Source: an uncultured Candidatus Saccharibacteria bacterium (GTDB taxonomy: Bacteria > Patescibacteriota > Minisyncoccia > Phycocordibacterales > CAYGLL01). From it: a stretch of DNA of 64,000 nt. Shown here piece after piece: positions 1-9,197 of this stretch. The DNA lies in assembly GCA_964350935.1 (NCBI GenBank), contig CAYGLL010000004.1, forward strand, positions 9,267-73,266, in the 5' to 3' direction. The position numbers were made by a program, and so were the translations under genes. Under the pieces are notes generated by a model, which worked only from the letters and a program-made list of their open reading frames with translations, was not told the origin of the DNA and ran no database searches. The first letter of the stretch is position 1; each line of letters starts with the position of its first letter.

Positions 1-35
1 TGGGACAGCCGATCTGTGTAACTCGTTAAGTTGTA

Positions 36-70
36 AAAAGAAAAAACCCGGCAAGCAGCGCTTGCCGGGT
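36..70 (-). terminator. Rho-independent terminator downstream of response-regulator gene
   Basis: GC-rich inverted repeat aacccggcaagc..gcttgccgggtt, followed by T-run on minus strand. Confidence 0.55.
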
Positions 71-80
71 TATGCGGTAA

Positions 81-458
81 TTAAACCGCGAGATCGAGAC
101 GCATCTGTTCGGTGTGGGGAACAGGTCCAGGTGGATTGATCAGGTCGTGAAGTCGGCGCCCAAGTTCGTCCACGGTAGCCGCGGGTATTCCGAAGAGGTA
201 GTAGAGCTTCGAGCTTTCGGCACTGTGATGCGATACAACCGGAAGTAATTGAACTTCGGGTTTTGCACGTGCAGTCATTTCATCGACGGCGAGTTGCGAA
301 ACTGACTCGCTATCAAACACAATGAGGTCGATGCGGTCGCCTGACTGATCGAGGAATTCAATCGCTTCCACTTCGCTGGTGAAGAGAAACGCCTCAGCGC
401 CGGGAAGCTTTCTGTATCCTCGGATGAAGTTTCTGTTTCCGACAAAAACAATGTTCAT
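81..458 (-). CDS. CheY-like response regulator receiver domain protein
   Basis: MNIVFVGN...D-rich receiver-domain pattern; ATG start chosen internal to the 81..509 ORF. Confidence 0.6.
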   Translation of the reverse strand: MNIVFVGNRNFIRGYRKLPGAEAFLFTSEVEAIEFLDQSGDRIDLIVFDSESVSQLAVDEMTARAKPEVQLLPVVSHHSAESSKLYYLFGIPAATVDELGRRLHDLINPPGPVPHTEQMRLDLAV

Positions 459-615
459 GAGATTTGTTCGTGTAAAGAGTTGCGGTTGTTCTGGATAAAA
501 GCCTACCATACATTTTTAGAAAAATCAATGAATATGAAGGTGAGAGTGAAATGGCTTTGTAGAGCTGTTTTTCTCTTTAGATAAGAGATCTGCGCTTACA
601 GATTATGGTAGTCTA

Positions 616-1164
616 GTGGTTATGGGAAAAGTGCTGGATAAATCTTTTTTTAATCGTTCGACGCACGCAGTGGCGCGTGAGCTTATGGGAAAAATGCTGG
701 TCCGGCAGAAAGGTAAAAAGATAATACGGTCTAAAATTACTGAAGTTGAAGTATATGACGGATTTGCTGATCAAGCGTCACACGCATCACGAGGTAAGAC
801 AAAACGAAATATTCCAATGTTTAACAATGCCGGCCGGTGGTACGTTTATCTTGTCTATGGAATGCACTGGATGCTAAATATCGTTACGCGCGAAAAAGGG
901 TATCCTGCGGCGATTTTAATTCGAGGTGTCGAAGGGATTTTAGGGCCGGCACGGGTTACCAAAGCTCTGGGTGTCTCGAATATTTTCAATAATCGAAAAG
1001 CTGAAATTAAAACGGGGCTTTGGATTGAAGAGGGCGCAGTAACGGAAAAAATGAGAATTACCCGAACCGCGCGTATTGGAGTTGATTATGCTGGTCCGGT
1101 ATGGGCGAACAAAAAATGGCGATTAGCAGCTATTTCGCATAAAAAGAAAACACGTCGTATTTGA
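616..1164 (+). CDS. mpg: DNA-3-methyladenine glycosylase (Mpg/AAG family)
   Basis: ARELMGK...VEVYDG...ASHASRGKTKRN..MFNNAGRWYVY..GMHWMLNIV motifs typical of the MPG family. Confidence 0.75.
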   Translation: MVMGKVLDKSFFNRSTHAVARELMGKMLVRQKGKKIIRSKITEVEVYDGFADQASHASRGKTKRNIPMFNNAGRWYVYLVYGMHWMLNIVTREKGYPAAILIRGVEGILGPARVTKALGVSNIFNNRKAEIKTGLWIEEGAVTEKMRITRTARIGVDYAGPVWANKKWRLAAISHKKKTRRI

Positions 1165-1178
1165 CGACGTGTTTGTTA
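1150..1178 (+). terminator. hairpin terminator after mpg
   Basis: acacgtcgt-atttg-acgacgtgt stem-loop followed by T-rich tract. Confidence 0.5.
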
Positions 1179-1445
1179 GAAGAGCTCACCGGGGCGGGGT
1201 TTGTGGGCGGTCGGCTTTTCCTCTGGAAGCGGTGTGCGGGGATTTGCAGTGACGTCTTCTGCAAAGAGTTCTGAGCTGCGGCGTTTCGGTTTTTCCCCTC
1301 GAGCTTCAGCAAGAACTTTGGAGTAAAGTTCGGTGTGTCCGCGGAGGGTAAACCCGACGGCTTCATCGAAAGGTATTTCTTCCATCTCGGCTTTTTGGCG
1401 CGCGAGCCTGGCTAGCTCGAGAATGAGAATAGGGCTTTTCGGCAT
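1176..1445 (-). CDS. hypothetical small charged, Pro-rich protein
   Basis: 89-aa ORF only; no family recognised. Confidence 0.3.
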   Translation of the reverse strand: MPKSPILILELARLARQKAEMEEIPFDEAVGFTLRGHTELYSKVLAEARGEKPKRRSSELFAEDVTANPRTPLPEEKPTAHKPRPGELF

Positions 1446-1453
1446 ACCAGGTC

Positions 1454-1657
1454 TTATCGACGTTTATACGGACGCTCCCGGGCAATCATCTTGGCGATTA
1501 GTTGCTCGGGTTTGAACAGGGACGTATCAATCGGCTGAAGTGGCGGTGGGTTACCAGGTTCCGGTGCCTCGTCAACTGCTCTTTGCATGGCAGCAAACCA
1601 GTTGCGAGATTTCTCTAGTCTTCTGCGTTTCGGAGGTTTTTCAGTCAGTGTGTTCAT
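1454..1657 (-). CDS. hypothetical small basic protein (ATG start internal to TTG-initiated ORF)
   Basis: ORF only; the 1454..1720 ORF begins with TTG, first ATG at 1657. Confidence 0.25.
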   Translation of the reverse strand: MNTLTEKPPKRRRLEKSRNWFAAMQRAVDEAPEPGNPPPLQPIDTSLFKPEQLIAKMIARERPYKRR

Positions 1658-1776
1658 GACAATGTGTAAGAACGGTGCGTTTAAGGCGCAGGTTGGTTTT
1701 TCTAAACAGAAGAGTAACAAAAAAATACTGCTTTGTCAAATAAGGTTGCAGTGAAAAAAACAGTTTATGAAATTGT

Positions 1777-2226
1777 TTAGAAAAGGCTTTCTACGACAGC
1801 TTTTACGTCACCCCCGTCAGCCTTGCCTTTGAGTTCTTTCATGACTACCCCGACAAGTGCACCCAATTTTGTTTTATCTGTCATTCCCATCTCGGTTTTC
1901 TTCACTAGTGCAACTTTTTTTATATCGTCTTTGCTCATCATCTGCGGTAGATATGTTTCAATGATTTTTAGCTCAGCCTCTTCGCTTGCTACCAAATCCT
2001 CACGACCGGCAGTTTTAAACTGAGCAATCGAGTCCTTACGTTGTTTTGAGAGCCGCTTAACTATCGCGAGCGCGTCATCATCATTAAGTTCTTTGTCGGC
2101 ACTCTTTTTCGCAACCAATTCGTTCATAAATGCTGCAATAATGCTGCGCAACACACCAACGCGCAGGGCATCTTTTTTGAGCATTGATTCCTTTAAATTG
2201 CTTTGAATTGTTTGATGAAGTGACAT
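1777..2226 (-). CDS. yqeY: GatB/YqeY domain protein
   Basis: N-terminal LKESMLKKD..R...LR and C-terminal ...KG.ADG..V...V YqeY-like pattern. Confidence 0.65.
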   Translation of the reverse strand: MSLHQTIQSNLKESMLKKDALRVGVLRSIIAAFMNELVAKKSADKELNDDDALAIVKRLSKQRKDSIAQFKTAGREDLVASEEAELKIIETYLPQMMSKDDIKKVALVKKTEMGMTDKTKLGALVGVVMKELKGKADGGDVKAVVESLF

Positions 2227-2283
2227 GCAAAGAGTATACGGTATAACGATTCATTTACCAACAAGAGATGGTACAATAGTGCC

Positions 2284-3345
2284 ATGAATTCGAATGCTGT
2301 GCTTATTATTGTGGCGCTTCTTGTTGCGGTGAACGCTTTTTTGATCTGGAAAATAACGCGGAAAGCAGGGCAAGAAGAAACAAAGGCTGATGATATAGGA
2401 CTCAAGCTTATTCTCGAGCAGATGAATCAGATTTCACGCACCGTCGATCAGAAATTGGGCGAAAACACCAAAGAAGTTTCAAACGCACTTCGCCACCAGT
2501 TTAGCGAGTCCGCAAAGCTTATTAAGGATGTTACAGAAGGTCTTACGAAACTTGATGAAACCAACAAACAGGTTGTTTCGTTTGCCGACCAGCTCCAGTC
2601 TCTTCAGGATGTTTTGAAAAATCCCAAACAGCGCGGAATACTTGGTGAGTATTATCTGGAAACGCTGCTTAAAAATGTGTTGCCTCCGGGAAGTTACAAG
2701 ATGCAGTATCCGTTCAACGACGGTACCATCGTCGATGCGGCAGTTTTTGTAAAAGATAAAGTAATCCCGATCGATTCGAAGTTTTCACTCGAAAACTATA
2801 ATCGCCTGGTTGAAGAAAAGGATCCGGTTGAACGCGAACGGCTCGAAAAAACATTTAAAACTGATCTCAAAAACAGAATTGACGAAACGGCAAAATATGT
2901 AAAACCTTCCGAGGGAACCATGGACTTTGCGTTTATGTTCATTCCGCACGAGGCCATTTACTATGATTTGCTGGTAGCACAGGTTGGTGCGGTTAAAGTA
3001 AACACCCGTGATTTGATTGATTACGCCTTTAAAGAGAAGCGCGTCATTATTGTTTCGCCGACCTCATTTCTCGCATATTTGCAGACTGTTCTTCAGGGAC
3101 TGAAAGCGCTTCAGATTGAAGAAAAGGCAAAAGATATTATTCGTCATGTGGAAGAGCTGGGGAGACATCTAAAAAGTTATGACGAATATCATAAGAAACT
3201 GGGTAACGCACTTTCCACTACCGTAAACCATTTCAATACGTCTAATAAAGAGTTTAAAAAAATTGATAAAGATGTAATGCGTATTGCCGGCGCGGCGCCG
3301 GGAATTGAAGCCCTCGTTATTTCTCGACCCGAAAGCGAAGAATAG
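2284..3345 (+). CDS. rmuC: DNA recombination protein RmuC
   Basis: N-terminal TM helix, long coiled coil, KQRGILGEYYLE and FMFIPHEAIYYDLL motifs typical of RmuC. Confidence 0.7.
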   Translation: MNSNAVLIIVALLVAVNAFLIWKITRKAGQEETKADDIGLKLILEQMNQISRTVDQKLGENTKEVSNALRHQFSESAKLIKDVTEGLTKLDETNKQVVSFADQLQSLQDVLKNPKQRGILGEYYLETLLKNVLPPGSYKMQYPFNDGTIVDAAVFVKDKVIPIDSKFSLENYNRLVEEKDPVERERLEKTFKTDLKNRIDETAKYVKPSEGTMDFAFMFIPHEAIYYDLLVAQVGAVKVNTRDLIDYAFKEKRVIIVSPTSFLAYLQTVLQGLKALQIEEKAKDIIRHVEELGRHLKSYDEYHKKLGNALSTTVNHFNTSNKEFKKIDKDVMRIAGAAPGIEALVISRPESEE

Positions 3346-3350
3346 ACTCT

Positions 3351-3905
3351 ATGTCGTATAACGGAGTTGAAATAATTGCTGAGGTTAAGACGCAGTCACC
3401 GTTTGGTTTTAAGTCTGAAAAAACATGGGACGAACTTTTTCATCTTGCCGAGAGGGTAGGCGACACCCTCTCAATTCATACTGATCCACGATGGGGCGGG
3501 TCATTTGAACTTGTTAAAAAAGCCCGAGGACGTACACAAAAACCAATTCTCGCGAAAGGAATTCATACTTCAGATGACGATATACAAAGAGCGCTCGATG
3601 CCGGAGCAGATTTTGTTTTAGTAGTAGGACGAATTCCCCAGGAGTATCCGGAAAAATGTATCATAGAGCCATATACACTGGCTGAACTAAAAAAGATTCC
3701 GGAGGAATTGAAAGCGTTGTGGAACGCTCGAGATCTTTCAACAGGAAAAGTTAAAGCGGAAACCTTTTCTACGGCACGGCAAGTGTTTAAAGGTTGGCTT
3801 TGTCAGGCTAGTTTTTTGAAGAGTGTGGATGATATTTTGCCTGGTGCACACGCGGTTTTGGTAGGTGAACATGTTCTTGAGTTTGCCCAATCGGCAGGCC
3901 TGTAG
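3351..3905 (+). CDS. short indole-3-glycerol-phosphate synthase-like TIM-barrel protein
   Basis: IIAEVKTQSPFGF (compare IAEVKKASPSKG) and KGIHTSDDDIQRALDAGADFVLVV resemble TrpC; only 184 aa, so truncated or divergent. Confidence 0.4.
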   Translation: MSYNGVEIIAEVKTQSPFGFKSEKTWDELFHLAERVGDTLSIHTDPRWGGSFELVKKARGRTQKPILAKGIHTSDDDIQRALDAGADFVLVVGRIPQEYPEKCIIEPYTLAELKKIPEELKALWNARDLSTGKVKAETFSTARQVFKGWLCQASFLKSVDDILPGAHAVLVGEHVLEFAQSAGL

Positions 3906-4038
3906 TTTGCCTTTTTTAATAGAGTATGTAGAATAGTAACCCTATCCCAGTCGAATCAAACCCCAGTAGAAATTTGAAGATGCAAGAGTGGGTGGTTTAC
4001 GGGAAATTGAATCATTTTTTCAACTAAAATCAATTACT

Positions 4039-4383
4039 ATGGAAAGCAAAATTTCTAACGGGGTAAAGGAATTTTCAGTCATACAAACAGGCGGAAAACA
4101 GTATAAAGTTTCGGTTGGCGAGACCATCGCGATCGAGAAGCTTTCTGGTGTTCATAAAAAAGGAGATAGTATTACCTTTGATAAAGTGGTTATGTGGGAC
4201 AATGGAAAGGATACTACGATTGGTACTCCCTACATTAACGGTGCAAAAGTTACGGGTGAACTTACGGAAGAAGGACGAGGAAAGAAGGTACTTGTCGTCA
4301 AATACAAACAGAAAAGCCGCTATCTCAAGCGCAATGGACACCGTCAGCCGTTTATGAAGATCAAAATTACTTCTCTTAAATAG
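4039..4383 (+). CDS. rplU: 50S ribosomal protein L21
   Basis: FSVIQTGGKQYKVSVGETI..., KVVMW, K.LVVKYKQKSRY signature of L21; ATG at 4039 preferred over upstream GTG. Confidence 0.85.
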   Translation: MESKISNGVKEFSVIQTGGKQYKVSVGETIAIEKLSGVHKKGDSITFDKVVMWDNGKDTTIGTPYINGAKVTGELTEEGRGKKVLVVKYKQKSRYLKRNGHRQPFMKIKITSLK

Positions 4384-4389
4384 TTACTA

Positions 4390-4430
4390 AAAAAGCCCGG
4401 GACCATGATGGTCCCGGGCTTGCGGTTTTA
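4390..4430 (+). terminator. Rho-independent terminator after rplU
   Basis: gcccgggaccatgatggtcccgggc perfect hairpin followed by ttgcggtttt. Confidence 0.7.
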
Positions 4431-4630
4431 AAACCGCTGGTGTTATGGAACAGCAACCGCACGGAAGAATCGCTGAGGGCCACCGGAGAATATCTCCAGC
4501 GGCAGGAGGATTTGCCCAACCGGACTTTCCTGCGGGGTCATAATGACTGACGCCCAGGTGGAAAGGTCAGTTAAAGTTTTAATCCGATAGAACTGTCCCG
4601 GCAGTGTGTTAAACCGCTTGAGAGAGGTTT

Positions 4631-5476
4631 TTAGGCCTGAGACTCTGTCATCGGAGAAGCAGGTACCGATGGTTCTTGCAAGTTGAAGATAACGACAATG
4701 GTGGCAATAGCGGTAAAGAGAAACGGGATTTTTCCTCCCATCCCGGGAATGAGCATGAGTAAGAGGTCGATGATGAGCGGCAGAGTAATGGCGTGAAGAG
4801 CGACACGATAACTTTCTCCGTAGGTGAGTTCAATTTTTTTAACGTGTGCAATGAACATAACAATGAACGCAAATATCAGGAGGTAGAGAAGATAGAAGAG
4901 GTATGAGGAAAACAGCACTGCAAAAATGCCGACAATAGCGACGACGGGTATAAATTTAATAAAGGGACGAACGGCGCTTACAAAGGAAAGAATTTTATCG
5001 CGGTTCAGGGTAAAATCAGGAAACGTAGCAGTTGATTGGATCGTTGTTTTGGAAGTGCTCTTGGTAACAATCGCTGTTTTTGCTATCCAAATGGATGACT
5101 TAAACGTACCAAACGTCTCAAGACTAACAGGTGATGTGGTGTCGATTACAATGAAATGCTCTGCGCCTTGGTTAAGGTGCTGTGGTATATCGATGAAAAT
5201 AGGCTCCTTTCCGTTGGTAGTAAGCTCACCTTTTTTCATCGTAAGGGTGAGGTCTGCAGGAAAATAACCAATAACCCGGTTTATGTTCTCGTCGCTCAAG
5301 AGGGCTGTTAAAGGTGGAAGCATGACCACGCTAAAAAACACCGTCGCAACAAAACTAATGAGGAGGATAAGTTTAAAGAAGTATTTGAAAGACAACTTAA
5401 AAGACGATCCCCGTACCTTGTGGTAGAAGGGGGGATTGTAGACGCTTTCTTTAAGGGTGTCGATGAAATAGCTCAC
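4631..5476 (-). CDS. polytopic membrane protein (DUF1189-like architecture)
   Basis: N-terminal TM helix, extracytoplasmic segment, 3-4 C-terminal TM helices; no catalytic motif. Confidence 0.45.
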   Translation of the reverse strand: MSYFIDTLKESVYNPPFYHKVRGSSFKLSFKYFFKLILLISFVATVFFSVVMLPPLTALLSDENINRVIGYFPADLTLTMKKGELTTNGKEPIFIDIPQHLNQGAEHFIVIDTTSPVSLETFGTFKSSIWIAKTAIVTKSTSKTTIQSTATFPDFTLNRDKILSFVSAVRPFIKFIPVVAIVGIFAVLFSSYLFYLLYLLIFAFIVMFIAHVKKIELTYGESYRVALHAITLPLIIDLLLMLIPGMGGKIPFLFTAIATIVVIFNLQEPSVPASPMTESQA

Positions 5477-6093
5477 AGGTGTGAACGGTTTTTGATTGCA
5501 TGCTTAATTGTATCACCGTCTGAGTATTCGAGTTCAAGCCCTGTGGATAGACCCCTTCCGAGAGTTGAAATGGTAAAAGGAGTCTTCTGAAGTAATGGTT
5601 CGAGAAGGTGAGTCAGAAAATCTGCCGTGTTGTCACCTTCAGGTGTTGAGTTAAGTGCAATAATAATTTCAGTAGGTTGAGGAAGCTTCTCGTCGAGGAT
5701 CCGTTTCAGCAGTTCTCGACTGCGCACTTTGCGTTCCGGATTTTTCTCCAGAATTGGAATGGTGCCGCCAAGTACGAAGTAAAGTCCTCGATAAGAACCA
5801 CTGCGCTCAATGTTCTCAAGATCGATGTCTTTTGAAACGATCATTAATACGTTGTGATCGCGTCTCGTATCAGTACAGAAGGGGCATACCAGGGCATTTC
5901 CATTTGGTTCAAAAAAACGAAAACAGGCGTCGCATATTCGCATGTGCCGCTTAAGGAGTGAGAGTGAATGAGCAATATCCTGGAGTACTGCCGGAGAAGA
6001 TTTTAAAAGATGATACACAAAACGTTTTGCCTGGCGGGGGCCGATTCCCGGAAAGTGCTCAAAATGTTCCGTAAGTCGTTGAATTGGATCCAT
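5473..6093 (-). CDS. recR: recombination protein RecR
   Basis: HhH motif FPGIGPRQAKR, C4 zinc finger CDACFRF..CPFC, Toprim region VLMIVSKDIDLE. Confidence 0.9.
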   Translation of the reverse strand: MDPIQRLTEHFEHFPGIGPRQAKRFVYHLLKSSPAVLQDIAHSLSLLKRHMRICDACFRFFEPNGNALVCPFCTDTRRDHNVLMIVSKDIDLENIERSGSYRGLYFVLGGTIPILEKNPERKVRSRELLKRILDEKLPQPTEIIIALNSTPEGDNTADFLTHLLEPLLQKTPFTISTLGRGLSTGLELEYSDGDTIKHAIKNRSHL

Positions 6094-6096
6094 TGT

Positions 6097-7482
6097 TTAA
6101 AAATTATCTGCCTCCTGCTTGAAATTGCCGTAGGACGATTTGTCGATCGAGAGGAAGGTTGACTTGTCTGCGTCAAAGTGAAGTTCGATTTTTCCAGTAG
6201 GGCCATTGCGGTGTTTTTCGATAAGAATTTCAGCTAGTTCTTTTCGTCCACCACCGTCTTCGTTTTGCTCGCGATGAATAAACATAACCACGTCCGCGTC
6301 CTGTTCGATCGAGCCTGAATCGCGCAGGTCAGAAAGTCGGGGACGACCGCCACGTTGTTCAACGGCACGCGAAAGCTGTGAGAGAGCGAGGACCGGGACA
6401 TCAATCTCACGCGCAAGGTTTTTAAGTGATCGAGAAATTTCAGTTACTTGCTGGTAGAAGGAGTCGCTGCCGCTCTTCATGCCGCCGGTTGGTAGCATAA
6501 GCTGGAGATAATCTACAACAATAAGACCAAGTTTTTTGTCACTTTTAAGCCGGCGAGCAACTGAACGCATTTTGATAATGTTGTTTCCTGGCTGATCATC
6601 AATGTAAATGGGCGCGTTTGATAGACGGCCAAGCGAGTCACGGATTTTTGCAAATTCATCGTCAACCGAAAGCCGTCCGGTGCGCAGTTTCCACGCATCG
6701 ACGCGGCTTTCAGCCGCAAGCATACGATCCACCAATTGCTGAGAGCTCATTTCCAAAGAGAAGATGCCAACTGACACGCCGTGGTTCACGGCCGCCTGTC
6801 GAGCAATATCGAGAGCGAGTGAGGTTTTTCCCATTGAAGGACGTGCCGCTAAAATAATGAGATCAGATTTTTGAAGACCGGAAAGTTTGTTATCAAGCTC
6901 CTTGAAGCCTGTGGGAATACCACGCATCTCGTCCTTGGATTTCGAGAGCTTGTCGAGCCTTTCCCATGCCTCGGTCAATGCGTCTTTAAGCTCAATAAAT
7001 TTGTGCGTGCCTGAGTAGTTGGTTACTTTGAAGAGATGTTTTTCAGCATTGTCGAGAATTTCTTCAAGCTCAGCCGCCTCATCATAGCCGAGATTGTTGA
7101 TATGCTCTGAGGCATTGATGAGGGATCTCATCATGTACTTTTTGCGTACAATTTCTGCGTAGTGGCGAACATTTGAAGAGGAGGGAACAACGCTCACGAG
7201 TTCGGTGAGGTAGGCGCTGCCGCCAACCTGTTCGAGTTCGTTTTTTTCTTTGAGGCGGGACGAAACGGAGAGAAGATCGATAGGATTGGCTTTACTAAAA
7301 AGATCAAGAACGGTTCGCCATATGATGCGGTGTTTTTCCGCATAGAAAGAGTCAATGCTTATAACATCCATAACCTCGTGCATAGCATCACTTTGGAGCA
7401 TAACTGCGCCCAAGAGCGCCATCTCTGCCTCAAGGTTTTGTGGCGGAACTTTAAGATTCCTCGATGGTCTTTCATGTGCCAT
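6097..7482 (-). CDS. dnaB: replicative DNA helicase DnaB
   Basis: PQNLEAEMALLGAVM N-terminal motif; Walker A ARPSMGKTS; RecA-like C-terminal domain. Confidence 0.9.
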   Translation of the reverse strand: MAHERPSRNLKVPPQNLEAEMALLGAVMLQSDAMHEVMDVISIDSFYAEKHRIIWRTVLDLFSKANPIDLLSVSSRLKEKNELEQVGGSAYLTELVSVVPSSSNVRHYAEIVRKKYMMRSLINASEHINNLGYDEAAELEEILDNAEKHLFKVTNYSGTHKFIELKDALTEAWERLDKLSKSKDEMRGIPTGFKELDNKLSGLQKSDLIILAARPSMGKTSLALDIARQAAVNHGVSVGIFSLEMSSQQLVDRMLAAESRVDAWKLRTGRLSVDDEFAKIRDSLGRLSNAPIYIDDQPGNNIIKMRSVARRLKSDKKLGLIVVDYLQLMLPTGGMKSGSDSFYQQVTEISRSLKNLAREIDVPVLALSQLSRAVEQRGGRPRLSDLRDSGSIEQDADVVMFIHREQNEDGGGRKELAEILIEKHRNGPTGKIELHFDADKSTFLSIDKSSYGNFKQEADNF

Positions 7483-7567
7483 TCAAAAAGTTTATCACGC
7501 GAACCAGTAGAGGTAACCTTTATTTCCGTATAACCTGTGTGCTGGTTGGGGACAAGTTGAAAAAATG

Positions 7568-7600
7568 AAAAACCCGCTCGAAATGAGCGGGCCTCTAAAA
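7568..7600 (-). terminator. Rho-independent terminator downstream of the GC-rich ORF
   Basis: cccgctcgaaatgagcggg hairpin with flanking A/T runs. Confidence 0.6.
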
Positions 7601-7667
7601 AGAATTAAAGAACATGTTCTGCCGGAGGGAAACGCGCAAGCGTTTCCCTCCGGCCATCAATCACTCC

Positions 7668-8486
7668 TCAACTCGGAAGTCCAAGGAGGCCTCGAGGATC
7701 CGGATCTTCAAAGACATCAGATCTTGCCCAGACCCTTGTCGCGGACTCCTCTCGATACGCTTGTTCCGCCTCCCTCACTTGATCGAGACGATGATCTTCA
7801 GCCGCTTCAAGCCGCGCTTCCTCGCGTCTCTCGTCGTCTTGGTCGAGCAGGGCATCAAGGTCCGCTCGGTAGCTTCGCTCAACATCTTGCTCGAACTCGG
7901 TCTGAACCTCCTCCATCTCCTCTACGGTCATCAGAATGCGGCTCCAGTTCTTCCGAACCCATGCCGTAAACTTTTTGCCGTCAACGGTGTAGAAGAATGG
8001 TGTACCGGAGGGAGTTCTTTGGATACGTTTGCATCCCTGAAGCGACTTCCCGTAGAGCTTCTTGAGCCGTTTGTCATGAATCGCTCGTTCGATTTCGTAC
8101 GGCAACTGTGACAGAGCGTACATGGCGAGCACTCCAAGCCCAGAGGTCCACAGCGATCCATCGCGTTCAACCAGGCCGTTCCAATCGTGGGGTTCGTCCC
8201 GATAGATGTTAATCGGCAACTGTACCGCATTTGAGCGGCTGACGATGCCGATGATGAAACTGGCGGCGAAGGTCATTTCCTCGCCAGTCACCGTATTGAT
8301 GCCGTGAATGCAGGGGCTTCGATAGTTTTTGCCGTCGTTCACGCGGCCGTATTCGCGGGCCACCTGGGTGACTCTCACGGTATGCGGTCCGTTTTGTGCC
8401 GCTCTGCGCTCACTTCGGAACAGTACCGTAACTACGTCTCCCGTGCTCGCATGCATGTAGTCGGGTTTGATAGCTTTGTTTCTCAT
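7668..8486 (-). CDS. hypothetical protein in a roughly 60% GC islet, acidic coiled-coil C-terminus
   Basis: 272-aa ORF with strongly skewed composition relative to neighbours; overlapping plus-strand ORFs judged spurious; no family recognised. Confidence 0.45.
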   Translation of the reverse strand: MRNKAIKPDYMHASTGDVVTVLFRSERRAAQNGPHTVRVTQVAREYGRVNDGKNYRSPCIHGINTVTGEEMTFAASFIIGIVSRSNAVQLPINIYRDEPHDWNGLVERDGSLWTSGLGVLAMYALSQLPYEIERAIHDKRLKKLYGKSLQGCKRIQRTPSGTPFFYTVDGKKFTAWVRKNWSRILMTVEEMEEVQTEFEQDVERSYRADLDALLDQDDERREEARLEAAEDHRLDQVREAEQAYREESATRVWARSDVFEDPDPRGLLGLPS

Positions 8487-8605
8487 CTTGTTAGTCCTTT
8501 GTTGAGGTTGTGTCGATGTCCGCGGCCCAAGTAGGCCAAATTTCTGATCTAATTATAGCATTAAAAAAGCCACTTTGTCAATGTCCAACTATGGCTCTGT
8601 TGAGG

Positions 8606-8642
8606 GTCGAAATTAAAAAACTGAAGGCGGTCGGCCTTCAGT
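8606..8642 (-). terminator. hairpin terminator downstream of receiver-domain gene
   Basis: ctgaaggcggtcggccttcag inverted repeat with flanking T/A runs. Confidence 0.5.
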
Positions 8643-8655
8643 TTCTGAAAGGGAA

Positions 8656-9051
8656 CTATGTACAGGGTTGTTCAGTCTCGAAAGGTCTTTCGGTTTTAGT
8701 CACACGCCGAATTGCGAGAATCAGTTCATCGAGTGGAAAGACCTTGCTAATGTAAGCTTCTGCGCCTTTGCGCTGAGCTTCTTCCATTAAATCCTCGACA
8801 AATCCCAAACCAGTGAGGATGATGACGTGAACTTGAGGAAATCCGCTTTTGACCTGAGGAAGAAGTTTTAACCCGTCTTCCGCCCCAAGTGCGATCTCGG
8901 TGATGACCACGTCGATTGTTTCCTTGCGGAGGATTTCAAGGGCCAGAGCGGAAGTTTCGGCAACTGTGACGGTATAACCTTCTCGTGTGAGGTACGTGTG
9001 TAGCAGGTCTCGAATCTGCTGTTCGGGATCGACAACCAGAATATGTTTTCC
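8656..9051 (-). CDS. CheY-like response regulator receiver domain protein (stand-alone)
   Basis: KHILVVDPE...DVVITEIAL...GLKLL...K receiver-domain pattern. Confidence 0.65.
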   Translation of the reverse strand, partial: GKHILVVDPEQQIRDLLHTYLTREGYTVTVAETSALALEILRKETIDVVITEIALGAEDGLKLLPQVKSGFPQVHVIILTGLGFVEDLMEEAQRKGAEAYISKVFPLDELILAIRRVTKTERPFETEQPCT

Positions 9052-9197
9052 CATAGATAAGAACAATGTTTATACACTAAAATACTGATGAATGATATTT
9101 TGTCAACCGCCTATTAAAAAAAGCGGCACTTGCAAACTCGTCAACCTGGCAGGTTGACGAGGGTCAGGATGGGGTTTGATCTCGGCGTCGAGCGAGA

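Noticed and set aside
7565-8534. Multiple long plus-strand ORFs (7565..7969, 7614..8111, 8304..8534) overlapping the minus-strand 272-aa ORF
   Set aside because: They are artefacts of high GC. They lack start context and terminator support, whereas the minus-strand ORF is followed by a strong terminator.
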